From NCBI GenBank assembly GCA_965649825.1, contig OZ287704.1:404101-468100 (forward strand): a stretch of DNA of 64,000 bases, read 5' to 3'. This DNA is from Penicillus capitatus (lineage: Eukaryota; Plantae; Chlorophyta). The first letter of the stretch is position 1. Each line of letters starts with the position of its first letter. The notes beneath the pieces were generated by a model, which was not told where the DNA came from, did no database searches, and saw nothing but the letters and a program-made list of their open reading frames with translations. Position numbers and translations under genes: made by a program. This document shows positions 1-13,001 of the stretch, piece by piece.

Positions 1-2
1 GA

Positions 3-152
3 TCATTGCAACAACAGCATCAAAAACAGGGGACGAAATCGGGCGACGTCTTGCAGACGAGGCTTCATCAGGAAAGACTCCGACAGTTCCAGTATCTCGA
101 AATTGTCAGGGAGCATTTCATTGATGAGATGAGGGGGAGTGTCTTACCGTAA
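3..152 (+). CDS. Probable 3' end of a gene entering from the left edge (unknown product)
   Basis: Frame 3 is open from the window start to TAA at 150-152 (...ERLRQFQYLEIVREHFIDEMRGSVLP*); no recognisable motif. Confidence 0.3.
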   Translation, partial: SLQQQHQKQGTKSGDVLQTRLHQERLRQFQYLEIVREHFIDEMRGSVLP

Positions 153-722
153 CGACATGATCTTCTGAAAGCAGTATGATGTCGAGGCCTGAATTGTATG
201 GATTGATGAGAGTCAGAGAGTCTTTGTCGACGACACGAACATTGAGCGAATGACTTTGATATGGAGTTTAAGATGACGCAGCATGGCACCAAATTCTCCA
301 TCAGACAGGGCAACTGCAAGCCCCATCATCGCCAACATGAACGATGCAATCGAAATGAGGGCACAAAGGACGACTGCCTTAGAAAGTGATAGAGAGGTCA
401 AACGGTGCTCTCCGGAATCCGAGTTCGTTTAACTGAAGAAGTTAATAAGCCAGCACCAGATCCCAATAGTCTTCGGACGTGTCCTCATGCGACGTCCCTT
501 TGAGAAAGGATCGGCTGCTGTCGTCATATCTCCGCTGTCACCTTTAGCGGAATCCAGGTTTTCAGAACAATCCCTCTTGTCTTTCAGTATCTTACTACTT
601 GATTTGAGACTTGAGTTAGTCGGTCAACTCATCGATCGATTTCGATCGGGTCGATGGGTTATGATCACGGTTATGATCACACTCGAGAAGTGATTAAAAT
701 GTGTCGATACTTAGTGACATTG

Positions 723-2056
723 TCAGTAACCATAGGCATCTAGCAATTGTAGATTTTTTCTCCATCCTTTAGCGACGGTAACGTTCAGTTCTAAGTACAC
801 CGGGCGCTGCAAAAACCGCTCGATCTCTTTTCTGGCAGCCAAACCAAGGGCTTTGATTGCAGTGCCCCTGTTCCCCAACAAAATGGCACGCTGATTTGGC
901 CTGTCTGTGATGATATCGACCAGCATATAGTCTTTTTTCCCTGGTCGCTCTTTAAAGTCTGCCACGTTAACTTGAACGCTAAACGCGAAATAGTTCGAAA
1001 ACTGACTGAGTATTCAAGAGTGTAACCTGTAAGGAATTTCTTCCTCATACCGAAGAAAGATATGCTCTCGGACGATTTCGGAGACAAAGAAGCGCTCAGA
1101 CTGCTGACTGATGCTGTCTTTGGGGTAGAAAGGAGGTCCGTGAGGCAACTGCCCTATGAGCCACTGCTTCATTTCCTCTACCCCGTCGCCATTCTTGGCA
1201 TTCGTTACAAAGATCTGTCACATCAAAACGATGAACACAAAACCACGCACTCCTACAGATCTTCCTGACCTTTTGGCATCGACAGTTTCGCACATACCAT
1301 TCGGAAATGTCTTGGAGTTCAGTAGCGTCGATAAGGTCCATTTTGTTAAGCACGACACCAACAGATGGCCCATCCCAGTTCGCTGGCAACTGAATCATTT
1401 CCAGATCGTCTTTTGGCGCATCCGTCAAATCCACCAATATCAAGATCACATCCGATTCCGAAACGGATCGTCGAATGAAACCCATCATCCGTTCGTGGAG
1501 GACATGCCGCGTCCGAGTCAGAACACCTGGATTGTCCAACAGCACCATCTGGCGGACAATGGCATGCAACCGATGATGTGACGTCTGGCGGCGAGACCTG
1601 ATGATTGTCACCGGAGTCGATACCGAAAACACGATGACGCGTTGTCTGTGCCTTACATGTCACGATGGACAGCTTCTGGCCCAGCAGTGCATTGAGCAAC
1701 GTGCTCTTGCCAACATTCGGTAGACCAATGAGGGCAACGAATCCCGATTTGTGGTTCTCGTCATGGATGAAATCATCGGCTGGTTTTTCAGCATCTTTCC
1801 ACAGCCTCGCTTCAGCTTCCTCCTGTTCTTTGGCTTCATTTTCTGCCATAAACGTCGCGATTGCGGCTTCAAGTTCGAGATCGAGCTCGTTTCTTCGATT
1901 CCGTCGACTCCAGGCGACCACACGACCCACGCGTCGATTCCGACAGCGTTTCCAGTCCATCGATTGCCTTATCGGGGCAGACGTACATGGCAGACAGCGG
2001 CGATACATAATCGAAGGCAGACAGTTGTACGATCGGGACCGCGATCGTACACACAT
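723..2056 (-). CDS. era: GTPase Era, organelle (probably plastid) targeted; 4 exons
   Basis: G1 GLPNVGKS, G2 KAQTTR, G3 DNPG, G4 NKMD, KH domain (EEIPYS; [14 protein letters not shown]; VYLELNVTV). GT-AG introns join ORF-track fragments 1346-2068, 1096-1632 and 723-965. Arg/Ser-rich N-terminal extension from ATG 2056. Confidence 0.92.
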
Positions 2057-3070
2057 GCTCCATCGCACTCTGTACCGATGGCTTGGACAACAGCGATCTC
2101 TGTTTCAGAACGCACGTCCAAGAGTGACCCGATCTTCTCCGCAACGTCGATGGGACGTCAGGGCATATTCGTTGCATGAGGAATCGCAAAGAACAACGGT
2201 ACCGGTGTACTTTAAAAATCACGACGTCCTCGTCGACGCTCAGCCTGGAGAAAACATCCTGAACGTCTGTTTCTCTTCACTTATGCCCTCATATGTGTTC
2301 AGATTATCGATCGATAGATCGCACACCGTTGTGGCATCGAAATTCCAACTGGTTGCTTGATAGGTTCTTGTGGGACATGCGAGGTTCAATCTCTGCGTCT
2401 CTATTCTCTCCTGAAATGCTTCCGCAGGTGGAAGTCACGCGATCGATCGAATCGAAATCGGAGTGTTACATCGCACGTTCATGCGTCGCTATCATTCCGA
2501 ACGACACGATGTCGATGGTGATCGATGATCTCCAAGATGCGATTTGGGGCGTCGACGGATTGGATTTGTAATTCTCAGTTCTCGATCAGCAGTGGCTTAA
2601 AAATTGATGTGGAAATCTGGACAAGGATGTAGCTGTAATTCTTCGATCGTCCGGAAACGAAATAATGTCTTTTGATGTTCTTGTACAAACGCGCCGTCTG
2701 TACACCGACTTGAAGGACCTTGCCATGTTGGATTGAACAAAAAAGCGAAACTCCTGCAATTGAGCTAGAGCCCGAAATGCATTAGATCCGATTCCGAATG
2801 TCACTGGAAGCCACAGAAAATCGCGATAACGAGAACCGATAAACGGATGGTTGTTTTGACGTACTGAGGAGATAGGAGATAAAAAGCAAGCTCTTCGTTA
2901 TTCCACCTGATACCAATGAAGTCATACACAGAACAAACATCCCCAAGACGGCCCGTTCGTCCCTTATGAACAATTTTCATATAGATCCACTTATTGCACG
3001 AAGAAGAGTGTCCAGATATGCGGCATTTTTGAGTGGTCCATATCTACGGGAGAGTATAAACTGAATGAAG

Positions 3071-6000
3071 TTACGTCGGGACGTCGGGCAGGCTGTTTGC
3101 ATCGTCTTCGATCGACCATTCGTCTGATGACGATGTCCAGCCCTCACCCTCTTCGAGATCGCCTGAATCGCTGCTTTCGCTCTCTTCCGTCTCCGATATG
3201 GGTTGGATCTCTGACATCTCCGTGGCCGTTCCACTGACTCCCCGTTCAATTCCCACACTAGAGACTCGGGACCGTGTAAGTGTGGAGAAAGAGTTGGCGT
3301 TTTCGATGGCTTCCATGACGAAGGCAAAATCATCTCTGTTCCGACTGGGGGAGCTGCCGGGTTCCGTCTCGAAAGCGTACATGATGGGAGGCGGCATTTG
3401 AGGTAACGGCGTCTGATCTGCTTTCTTCCGAGTCTTTCCTTTCTTCTTCCGATTTCGCTCTGGTTCTTTTTCTTTCCTCACTAAACGCCATACAGCAAAG
3501 ATGGTGGATGCCACGGCGAAGGCGGCGACAATCGAGAGCGTGTAAGCCAGCCAATGAGGCGTCTCGGTTTGCGAACTGGGCAATTGCGTCTCATGCGATC
3601 GTGCTTCATCGTTGTCGTAACTCTGCCTCCTGCAATCTCCTTCTGTTAGTTGTTCCCGACATTCTTGTACATTATATGGCAGCAATCCAATGCGCTGCAG
3701 CGTCTCCGCGTTTGTCTTTTTCAGTTGCTGCACCCAGTCCGTCGAACACACCCCGTCCGAACCGTTGAAACTTGTATGGAGATGTGGATGTGTCCATAAA
3801 CACGTTTCCTGTTGCGAACATGCCTCTTTGGACTGCATGTTTTCACAGACGGGTAAATTGAGATAGGCTCGACAACTGTCCGTTTTGGCAGAAAGCCCAG
3901 TTATGTTCTTATCCTAACATACACAATGACACAAAGTATTGGATGGCGTTTGGAGTAGGCATGAGATGACTTACTTCTACAAGGTAATTCATAAAATTGG
4001 ATGATGGTCTGCATTTCAGGCGGCCTTCGATGTCGAATAAGTCACACCGTTCATCCAATCTGCACTCCACTGTTGCCAAAGACGGACAGTAAGCAGTCAA
4101 GATGTAGATGTCTCTGGTGTGAACGACCATCGTCTGAAACACATGTTCCGGCAGATCCTCGAAAAGGTGCTTGATCGATGTTGGATTTTCCTCTGGAACA
4201 CAGATCTTATCGAAGTCCGCGTTGTTGCCATAGTATTGTCCTGTCGTATTGTTCCAGTTTTTGATGCCCGATAGTTGACACTGTGAACGGTCCGTGTTTC
4301 GACAGTTGCCACTCTCGTCCATGCCCAGTTCCATGCAGCCAACTAAGGACAGAAGGTAATCCACAATATTTACGTCTCCGAATGGATTCTCTTCTGTTGC
4401 ACTGGTCAAATGATTGGCCAGTGCAAACTTATTCCAGTCAGCAATAACATTCAGAGCAGCTTCCATAATTGACAGAATGGCTGTGGCTTCTGGTATTGCA
4501 TGAGCTGCCTTGCTCCAAAATACTTTTGCATCGATCATGTTTATGGTGGCTTCCAATAGGCCAACGATTTTGTCCGACACCGTCAACAAGTTATCAAATT
4601 TCACGAAATATGATTTCGCAAGGTTCTCTGTGGCTTGACTTCTTGCTTCGTCGAGTTTAGCAGCTGTAATCTGTGGACCGTTCTGCCAGATGTACAGACC
4701 ATCGAGATTGAGCAGTTGTTCTGGTAGATTCCGAATCTTGTACCAGTCCGTGGCATGTGTCGCTGTCAGAGCACCGACCAAATCTGCCACAACATTTCCG
4801 AGGGCGGACAGGGTAGGAACGGTCGTGTCTGATACGTTGGGAGAGCGCGTACGATAGAGACCCTGCACAAGCTCGACAATATGTGTCCCGGCTTCACTTC
4901 TGGAAGACACCAATTCCTGAATAGCCCTCCATTTCTGATTACGATCGCCACACAGACGCACCCATGTCTGGTTGTATTTTTCTGCAAAGCGGAGGTTTGG
5001 ACTTTGTGGATAATGTGGAGCTTGTGGATAGATGCGTTCGAGTGCTTCTTCAAAAGCGGCGACAACAGCAGAGACCAGCTTATCCAGGGTGTCGATCACG
5101 ACATATGAAGCTTCCTCGTCACCAGTCTCCTCGTGTCCTTCGCTCCTCTTAACCGCGTCTAATCGTTCTTCCACTCCATCTAGGCGCTTGGATTCCCTTG
5201 ATATCGTTCTCGGATTCCATGTTTCGCGTGATTTACGGAAAACTGTCGAAAGCGTTTTGACGACGTTCGCCTTTGTCTGTGACACGTTTTTGTTTGAAAC
5301 ATAGGCAGCATCCAGGAGCTCAGCGCTTTCTTGAAGCATCCACCATAAGGTATTGGAAGCATTCCACGTCTCCTGGCTGACGCTCTTATGCATCTGACTA
5401 TCGAGTCGAAATCTCATGATTTCCAGTTCCTCTGCGGCAGTGGCAAAGTGCTCTTCTGTCGCAGCGATGGGCCGAGGCTCGCTTTCCAACACGGATGTTA
5501 ACGCATCAAGTATTTCCTGCACGAACACACAGCTGAACTCGACCCTCATGGCCTTGGTGCATCACGCACGCACCCTGACGTCTTTCAAACCGACAGTGAT
5601 AGAGGCATTTGCCGATGTCAGATGGTCTGTCGGTGTTCCTAACTCAAGCGGCTTTCGGATCCGCTCCTGCAGAGTCTCTATCGAAGAATCTCCATCGTTC
5701 TTCGTCGATTCATCTGAATGAGGCGTCAGATTGGCGGCGACATCGAAGATCAGTTGGCCTTCTATGGGTTTTGACTGTTCGTCTTCCGACGCCTCTGAAT
5801 TCGAATTCTCTTCACTTAACTGAGGAGGGGCTGCGTTCTCTAAGGACAGCGAACGTCTTTAACGACAAATGACGTCGAGTGCACAATGGCACCTTCATCG
5901 AGCGCTTGTTTTGCATCCTCCTTCTCCCCGCCAGTACTCGATGATCCTTGTCCTTGAATCCGTGTCTCCTCCTCGTCCACAATGGAGAAGTTGGTCGATG

Positions 6001-7171
6001 TCTCGTCCTCTAAAAGATCGTCTGGAGAAATCGTCGTGATGTTGGTAGAAGCACCTTCAACATCGCCTGTCCCAGTGATGCTGGACTTCTCCGTGGCTAA
6101 TCCCCCACTCTCTGCATCTTCATCAACCTGCAATGCGTTTCCACGCGAGCCAACGGCTTGAAAAAGACGACGGTATCCATTATGTCCCACTCCTCCTATA
6201 AATATTGAATCCCTGGTGATGTCCACTAGCCTTAGGCCATGCAAGGCCGATGCACTCTGCACTCAAAGGCTTCGTTTAGAACAGCATAGACACAGATCTG
6301 GCCTCACCTCGATGAGCTGCCCGACGACTTCTGTCTGACTAGCAGGTGTACTAATAATCAAATCGAGGACGAGCGGTCCCCTGATGCCACATCCCTGATG
6401 GTCTGCTGATAGCTTCACTTGACTGCAAGTCCCTTTTACATTGCATCTTCCACCCAGCTGCTTTTGGCAGCGCATGTACTCCAGAACGAAGGGTTGTACG
6501 CTGTCATATGCACATTGATGCAGAACAGGGTTCAGTACCTACCAACAGTGTGTGGGTATCCAAGACAATAGCTTCTCTGATGCTTACAGAAAACTGGCAG
6601 CGATTCTGCATGCTACCGGTGTGAGCAGCGTCATGCTCGATCCATTCGCAAGACTCTCTCGATATGCATGCAGCTATACAGAGCACGGTAGGGAGGTGGA
6701 TGGAAGCTGTCGTTCATACCTTCATGTGTCATCGACAAGCATTCTGCTCCATTCAGAACAGTCTGCTGCACTTGGTTACTTTCTTCAGGGAGTGAGTTGC
6801 TCAGAACGTCTCGAGCGTACAAAGGGTTCAGTTGGCAGGAGGAATCTAGGCAGTTGATGTGTAGGTGGATGTATGCTACGAGCTATCTAACCTTGAAACC
6901 ATCGGCAAATTCCCACATCGTATGCACCTGAAAGGCCTCGGCCATGGTGCTGCCTACGTGGAAGCTCATAACGCGGCAGCTTTGAAAACGAAAATCTCTG
7001 TTGGTTACTCGGCTACAGTGGTCTCCGAAGTTGGTATGTGGCGCGCTCCCTAAGGGCCGTCAACAGCTGCTATTCGGACGAAACGGAGAAAGGTGTTACC
7101 TCTACCGCGAAGCAGCACACAAGAACACAGCAGTTTAAGAAACAAGCAAGGCGCATTCGTCTTCTCTCCAT
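3071..7171 (-). CDS. Large orphan type I membrane protein (signal peptide, acidic linker, long helical region, Cys-rich juxtamembrane region, one TM, acidic tail); multi-exon
   Basis: Signal-like MRLACFLNCCVLVCCFAVE (ATG 7156); co-oriented long ORFs 5840-6262, 3909-5549 and 3071-3838 separated by intron-sized gaps with GT..AG; TM WLAYTLSIVAAFAVASTIFAVW followed by basic stop-transfer RKEKEPERNRKKKGK. The 5' exon joins are uncertain. Confidence 0.6.
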
Positions 7172-7626
7172 TCTCACAGACGTGCACGCGAAAGCATCAG
7201 GCACACGATGCAAAATAAGGGTCGCAGTTGTGGCGACCAAGTCACAACTCAGTCGGTAACCGCAATTGGCCAGCCGTGTCGAGAAAATTGCCAAGAATCA
7301 GGTGCTAGATGCGTCCAGGTTCGGTCTTCTCCACGCGTCTTCGGTTAAGGCGAACTGAGGATGATGATGACAACATGCGCGGGTAGCGTCGAACTGATGC
7401 GTGATATTGTTGTTACATGTTATGGTTAACAAATACTTGAAATTGGATAGGAGGATGGTCATTAGCCGGCTCAACGGCGCTCGTTCACCAGGAAGGTTGA
7501 ATGGTTGGCTCGGAGTCTTTAGCCAATTTGCAACGATTACAGCGTATTGTTGTTTGCCCGCAACACCACTTCGAGCTTTTCAACTTCTTCAACTACACAA
7601 ATTATTTCTCGTTGTTTGGTCAAAAC

Positions 7627-8055
7627 ATGGCGCTGCGCCGCATACAGTTTCTTGTAGCCACCTTCCTGTGTCTGATGATATTGAGAACTGAGGCTCAGCG
7701 TCCACAACTGCTCTTGTGCGATTTCGATTGTGTGGAAGTGGAGACTGCGGACATTGCGTGTGATACGGCACTCTGTCAACCGGAGGGCTCTTTGGACAGA
7801 GAGGCTCTTTGCTCGGCCAAGTGCATCGAGGCGGTTATTAACCTCGTTGCAGAAGGAAGCAGTTGTGGATCCGAAAAGACAGCCAATGCGTTTGATAACG
7901 CCATCGATGCTCTTCGAGACATCGTTTCAAGTAAATGCATCGCCCAATCGACTCAAACAAATCTCACGAACGTCATCTGTGGCATACAGCTGTCTGTTTG
8001 GAGTACAACGACGCCCTCGGATCCCAAATGTCAGAAGATCTCTACGATGACATGA
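7627..8055 (+). CDS. Small secreted cysteine-rich protein (paralog of 9260)
   Basis: Signal peptide MALRRIQFLVATFLCLMILRTEA; Cys pattern C-x3-C-x9-C-x4-C-x11-C-x3-C-x13-C with ALCS. Confidence 0.75.
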   Translation: MALRRIQFLVATFLCLMILRTEAQRPQLLLCDFDCVEVETADIACDTALCQPEGSLDREALCSAKCIEAVINLVAEGSSCGSEKTANAFDNAIDALRDIVSSKCIAQSTQTNLTNVICGIQLSVWSTTTPSDPKCQKISTMT

Positions 8056-9259
8056 TGTACAGGATGCTGTCGGATGGACTGTGAAGTGGATGGATGATGT
8101 TTCCTAACACATAGGTCTTTAGTCGCATCGAGATCCCCGTTCTATTGTTCTCTTGTGTCATTGGTTGTGCACCATCGACTGTTTTCTTCGACCCATCCAT
8201 TTATTTGCAGATTCAGTGACATATTCAACAATAATTCAACAACCTCGATTCAATAACAGCTCGTTATTCGATAACGTCTTTGCCACAGTTTCTGGCTTGC
8301 ATGTGATTGATTGAATGTATGCAGATGGTGATGTCGCTGTCAGGCGGAACGACGAATTCACTGGATTTCTCTTTGTCCTGGTTTTAATAAGGCTGTTGCA
8401 CAGGAGCTGCCGTAAACAATACCACTGCCTGAGGACTCCACAATCTGTTAGATTCTTAGCACTGTTCTTGTATGCGCGCGAATGATTATCGGCACACCCA
8501 ACCTCTTGCAGACGCACAGCACACGGCCGATCTCATCTCGGTCTATTCTCTCTCCTCTTCTCCACCGCCATCGCCAAGGAAGAATCGTGAAGAGCACTCG
8601 GTCGGTTAACTTGAAGGACGAGATGTTCTGAAGACCTTCATCCGGATGAGATGATACCATTCAATTGGCATTCTGAGGAGACGGACGGCGGGATGCCTGC
8701 CCTAGTGTGTTTATCTTCGCCTGCCGAGCGCAATGGACACAGCAATAGAAAGTCCTGCCACGGTGTGGCCTCCATTCTTCCTGCCAGTACATCTTGAGAC
8801 ATCATCGCATTTTCCAGGACAGCACGGGACGGCCTGTCACACAAAGCGACGTGTCCTGCATTGTCTCGGATTTCCGACTTCTTCGTAAAATCCGCGACGC
8901 GTCTCGTTCGACTCCCAGCAGTCTGTGCCCTAACGGTTACATAATCCATAACGAACATACCTTACGATGAGGGCGTTTCATGATGAATCTCCGACTGTCT
9001 GGAAGAATCGACAGGTCCACTTCATGATGAAGTGCATGCTTCCTTTCAAGAGTTCTGTCGCTTCGTTTCACATCGGCCACTCGCATCCAAACCGGCAGCT
9101 TATAAAAACGACAATCCACCAGTCTTTCCACTATTTCAGCTTGTTTGACGATCTTTGCGTTGGTTTCCCCGTACGAGTTTCATTCATTAGGCTCTTGCGT
9201 TTGCTGTTACCACGTTTGAAAGCGGCCTAAATCGCGTAACTCGTATCTGCACGAGACAA

Positions 9260-9728
9260 ATGTCGTTCGTTGTGAAAGTGTTTGCCGTTGCTGCCCTCAT
9301 TGCTCTTTCTTCATGCGCCTCGGCTCACCAACTGGAGCCTTATGATTTGTGCGAAGTCGGATGCGTGAAACGCATCTACCGAGATTACTGTGGAGATGTC
9401 CCCTGCGTGTTTGGGGCTTCAAGCGACGCAGAAAAGAACGCTTTGTGTTCCGTAACATGCATGGACCAACTCATGGGAGACGCCATGTATGAATGTTTGT
9501 TCGAGAAAGATCATGGACGCGACGATTTCGACGTCGTTGTCAATACATTCCTCCAACAGATTCTAAGTAAGACAGACATCCATCAATGGTGCCGACCATC
9601 TCATGTGTGTCTTCATCGCAGGCTTCTGTGAAGATGTTCCTCAAACGGAGGCGCCGCCATGTCAAGCGGCGCCCTGTCTGACAAGTTATGGTGTGGAAGA
9701 CGTTGATGATTTAGAGGAAGACAATTGA
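9260..9728 (+). CDS. Small secreted cysteine-rich protein (paralog of 7627); 2 exons
   Basis: Signal peptide MSFVVKVFAVAALIALSSCASA; C-x3-C-x8-C-x4-C-x12-C-x3-C-x12-C with ALCS; 55-nt intron 9567-9621 (GTAAGA..CGCAG) gives ...LQQILSFCED...DDLEEDN*. Confidence 0.75.
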
Positions 9729-10007
9729 GCATATCTGCAGCAGATATCTCCCTGTTTGACAATTTGAATTCCATTGTTCTTCGCACAATGTGCCACGTGA
9801 CACGTTTCCCGTTTCTTCTTTTGAAAAGAACCTTGATTAGACCGGGCAATCTCAGGAATGTTCAATCGGTTGGAATCTATGAACGAAGAAGACGTGGTAG
9901 AGACGAGTGTAAATATTCCGATGTGACTCGGCAAAAAGAGTGTGATCGATTGAGTCGGTCAGAACGTCATCGCGGATACACAAAAGCAAAGACGTGCGAA
10001 TTCGGAT

Positions 10008-10028
10008 GATCGATCGATCGATCGATCG
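10008..10028. repeat. (GATC)5 self-complementary microsatellite
   Basis: GATCGATCGATCGATCGATCG read directly. Confidence 0.9.
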
Positions 10029-10738
10029 GCCATGCTATTGCGATGCGTCGTTCGTGTGGGAAATTCTAGGTGAAAAGAGTGAGAAAGAGTAATGAGGATA
10101 ATAAGAACCACATCGTGGCAAATGCTTTGCAATCATGGACGTGTGCAGTCGGTTCGTTGTGCCATGCATTTGAAGATAACAAAGAACCGACTCTATGTCT
10201 CCCATCAGTAAATGGACCGCTCGATCACTCTGAAGTCAAAGATTATCACTTAACAAAGATGTCATCGGTGTCTCCGATACAGAGCACTGCACATCTCCTG
10301 CTTTTGAGAGAGGACCAGGAAGTCCTTTCGTTCTCTTCTCTCTGCACCTCTGCTGTCTTTCCAAAAGGAAAGGCAATCGCAACAAGGCTAATGGATGACC
10401 GGACAGGTATGGCTAAGTGTGACGTCAATTGGTTATCGACAGGGCACCTCTCACGTCTTCTAACGTCACGGCCTCTGTTTATTGTGTCCACGCGGCAGCG
10501 AGAACAGTTCACCCGACGGGCTGACGTCGCAGTGGCGCAGCTCACCTGTCACATCAGTGTCGCATCGCTGAGTTGTCCTCTACTACGTTGCAGCCTCGGC
10601 GATCCTCCGTTTCGTTGCCTTTCACGAATTGGTCCTTTCTACATCCTTAAAGCGTGAGCTCTTTATTTGCCTTTGTCTGTTTGTTGAGAACAACAACACA
10701 GCTTTACTGAATCGAGTGTACCCCGAGGCGGTGACAAG

Positions 10739-11028
10739 ATGCTTTCATCGTTCTGGACTGCTGGTTGCGCCATCGTCGCAGGCGCTGCTGTTATCTACAA
10801 ACGCGAAGTACGTCCGCCACGCTTCGTCTATTCGAATCGTCACATCATTCATTATTGGTTACTGCCCAGGACTTGCAGTCGTTATTGAAGTCGTTCGGGT
10901 CACGGCCCGTGACGCACGAAGGCGCTGCGTCCGATGGCTTTCGTCCCCTGTGGGAGGCTGATGGTCTGCATCCTTTTGAGTTCTTTGCTCTACACGAAAA
11001 ATCGTCAGCTGCCACGCAACATCCATGA
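10739..11028 (+). CDS. Small hypothetical protein with one N-terminal hydrophobic segment; may extend 5' through a further intron into ORF 10070-10657
   Basis: MLSSFWTAGCAIVAGAAVIYKRE, 62-nt intron 10808-10869 (GTACGT..CCCAG), then DLQSLLK...QHP* in frame. Confidence 0.35.
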
Positions 11029-11514
11029 CCATGACTCCGTTAGGGGCATCTGAGCGATAATTCGATACTGAGTAGAAAATGGCATTATCCTAATCAGAAG
11101 TGCACAGATTGCTATGGAACTGTGTTTGATATGTATGATGCGGCTTCACTTTAATGAAGACGAATAATGCGTACAACGACGCTATCTGTTGATTTCTCTG
11201 ACATTGTACCGGATGTGTTGGTTTGTGCATAATGGCTACACGGATGCGTGAAGTCTGGGGGTGCTTCCTGCATGGCAAAACATGACATTTCTTTGATTGA
11301 ATGCTGTGAATCCATGGGAACATTCTGGGAGACAACGTGGATCCTACGTTCAATCTGTGCACGCGCAGAATGTAATATTGACCAGTTATGTGACGGATGC
11401 ATGCATTGTCTGTCAACGGACGTTCCTATCTTAAAATCATCCATCAATCTCTCCATTCCTCAGTCATGCGTCAACCATCGGCCAATACTTGATGGAAGAT
11501 TAACGGTATTGGAC

Positions 11515-12919
11515 TCAAAGGGCGACATCGCTTTCCAGCTTCAGATAAGCATTCTCTCCATGAGGACGAAATTTCATACCGACGGTGACATAGAAGGCAA
11601 AGGTCGCCAGCTCGGATGCCAGTTTGCTTGCCCACTTGTAGTTGTAAGGCAATGTGTTGTCCAGGAGAAATACGATGATTCGGGTGAAGTAGATATAGAC
11701 GACGACCAGAACATAGAACTGACGGAAAAGCGTGAGCTTCTCCACATTGGACGCCGCTTTGCCGTCGGATTCTGCTCCTTCCCGAAGATGCTTGATCGAC
11801 CAGACGATGGGAAAGAGAATAGCACAGCAACAGATGATATCGACCAAGTGCAGCAAATCCGACAAAGTCACAAACGATGTTCGCGCCGGCGATGCTTCAT
11901 CCAAGATAATGATGGCAATATTGGCAAAGATCTAACACAAAAGAGTGAGATTGTCTATCGTGTGAAGTGTGACATTACCTGAAGAGGAATGACAATCACT
12001 AGGATCTTCTTTTCGTTCTCGCCGATAAATGGACGTAGATACGACCATCCCGTCCCGATCAAGACAATGACGACAAAGAACATCACACCTCTGAGAAATG
12101 TGAAGACGTAGTATGCCACATTCCATCCTTCTGGACTGCCCGTCACTCGATCATCGTGATACATTCCGGCAAGAGTAAAGTAGACGACGGAACGTAGCAC
12201 CACCAAGCCAAACATCAGATAATGAATACCGTGGACATGACGACGCTCGGTATAGCACACTTTAGCCCACGTCACTGCCAAAGCCGAAAACGCCAAGAAC
12301 ATGAACTACGGGCAGTCAAACATCGGTGCATGAAAGAGAACACAGTGGCACGGACCAAGTAGATAGTGGGCAGTGGACGTTCTCCGATCGACAAGAAGTC
12401 CTTCTCGTTGTTCGCTCCTCTGTTATACATCGAGATGCGCACATTGCATTCAATGCCGACCGTTTTGTTGCAGTTTGCAAAGAAGAGCACATAATCGCCC
12501 GGTTTCAGCTGCTCATGTTCGGCGAATTTGAGATGCACCGTCATGTCTTCTTTCTGATCGTTAACTTCGATCCATTTGCTGAGATCGATGATCTTGGTCA
12601 TCTGGTTATTGGTTGCATCTTGAAGAGAACATCCGCCGCCTTCATTTTCTTTCATCTCGACGTGCATTGGTGGTGTTGCCGACACCGGTGCCAAGAAAAA
12701 AGCGAACTGTGACAATCGAATTTCCATTTTCTCTTTGGGTCCATAGGCCGCGAGGTTGGACACCGACAGTTTAATTTCGCCGGTCTTGTCGAAGCCGAAA
12801 GGCAACTCGACCGGGTAGTGGTCACGCTCGTCGAGACCGATATGCCGATGCGTCACGCGGCATTGGACCGCGCACAGACACAGACACGCGTAGATAAAGA
12901 AAGTGACACCAGCTTTCAT
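11515..12919 (-). CDS. GPR107/GPR108-like (lung seven-TM receptor family) protein; multi-exon
   Basis: Signal peptide MKAGVTFFIYACLCLCAVQC; lumenal motifs FGFDKTG, YVLFFANC, DFLSIGERPLP; TM motifs GSPEGWNVAYY, IGTGWSYLRP, DIICCCAILFPIVWSIKHL, YIYFTRIIV, FRPHGENAYL. Confidence 0.92.
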
Positions 12920-13001
12920 GTTCTCTGTCAATGAATGCCAAACGTGAAAAGCCGAGAAATGGAAAATGGCGCAGATGACGTCCATTCTGCCATCGATCCA
13001 A

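Noticed and set aside
8895-8920. tRNA T-loop-like GTTCGACTCCC
   Set aside because: No T-stem pairing or cloverleaf.
8638-9131. Possible spliced minus-strand gene between the Cys-rich paralogs
   Set aside because: A join is possible, but there is no motif and no clear start; insufficient support.
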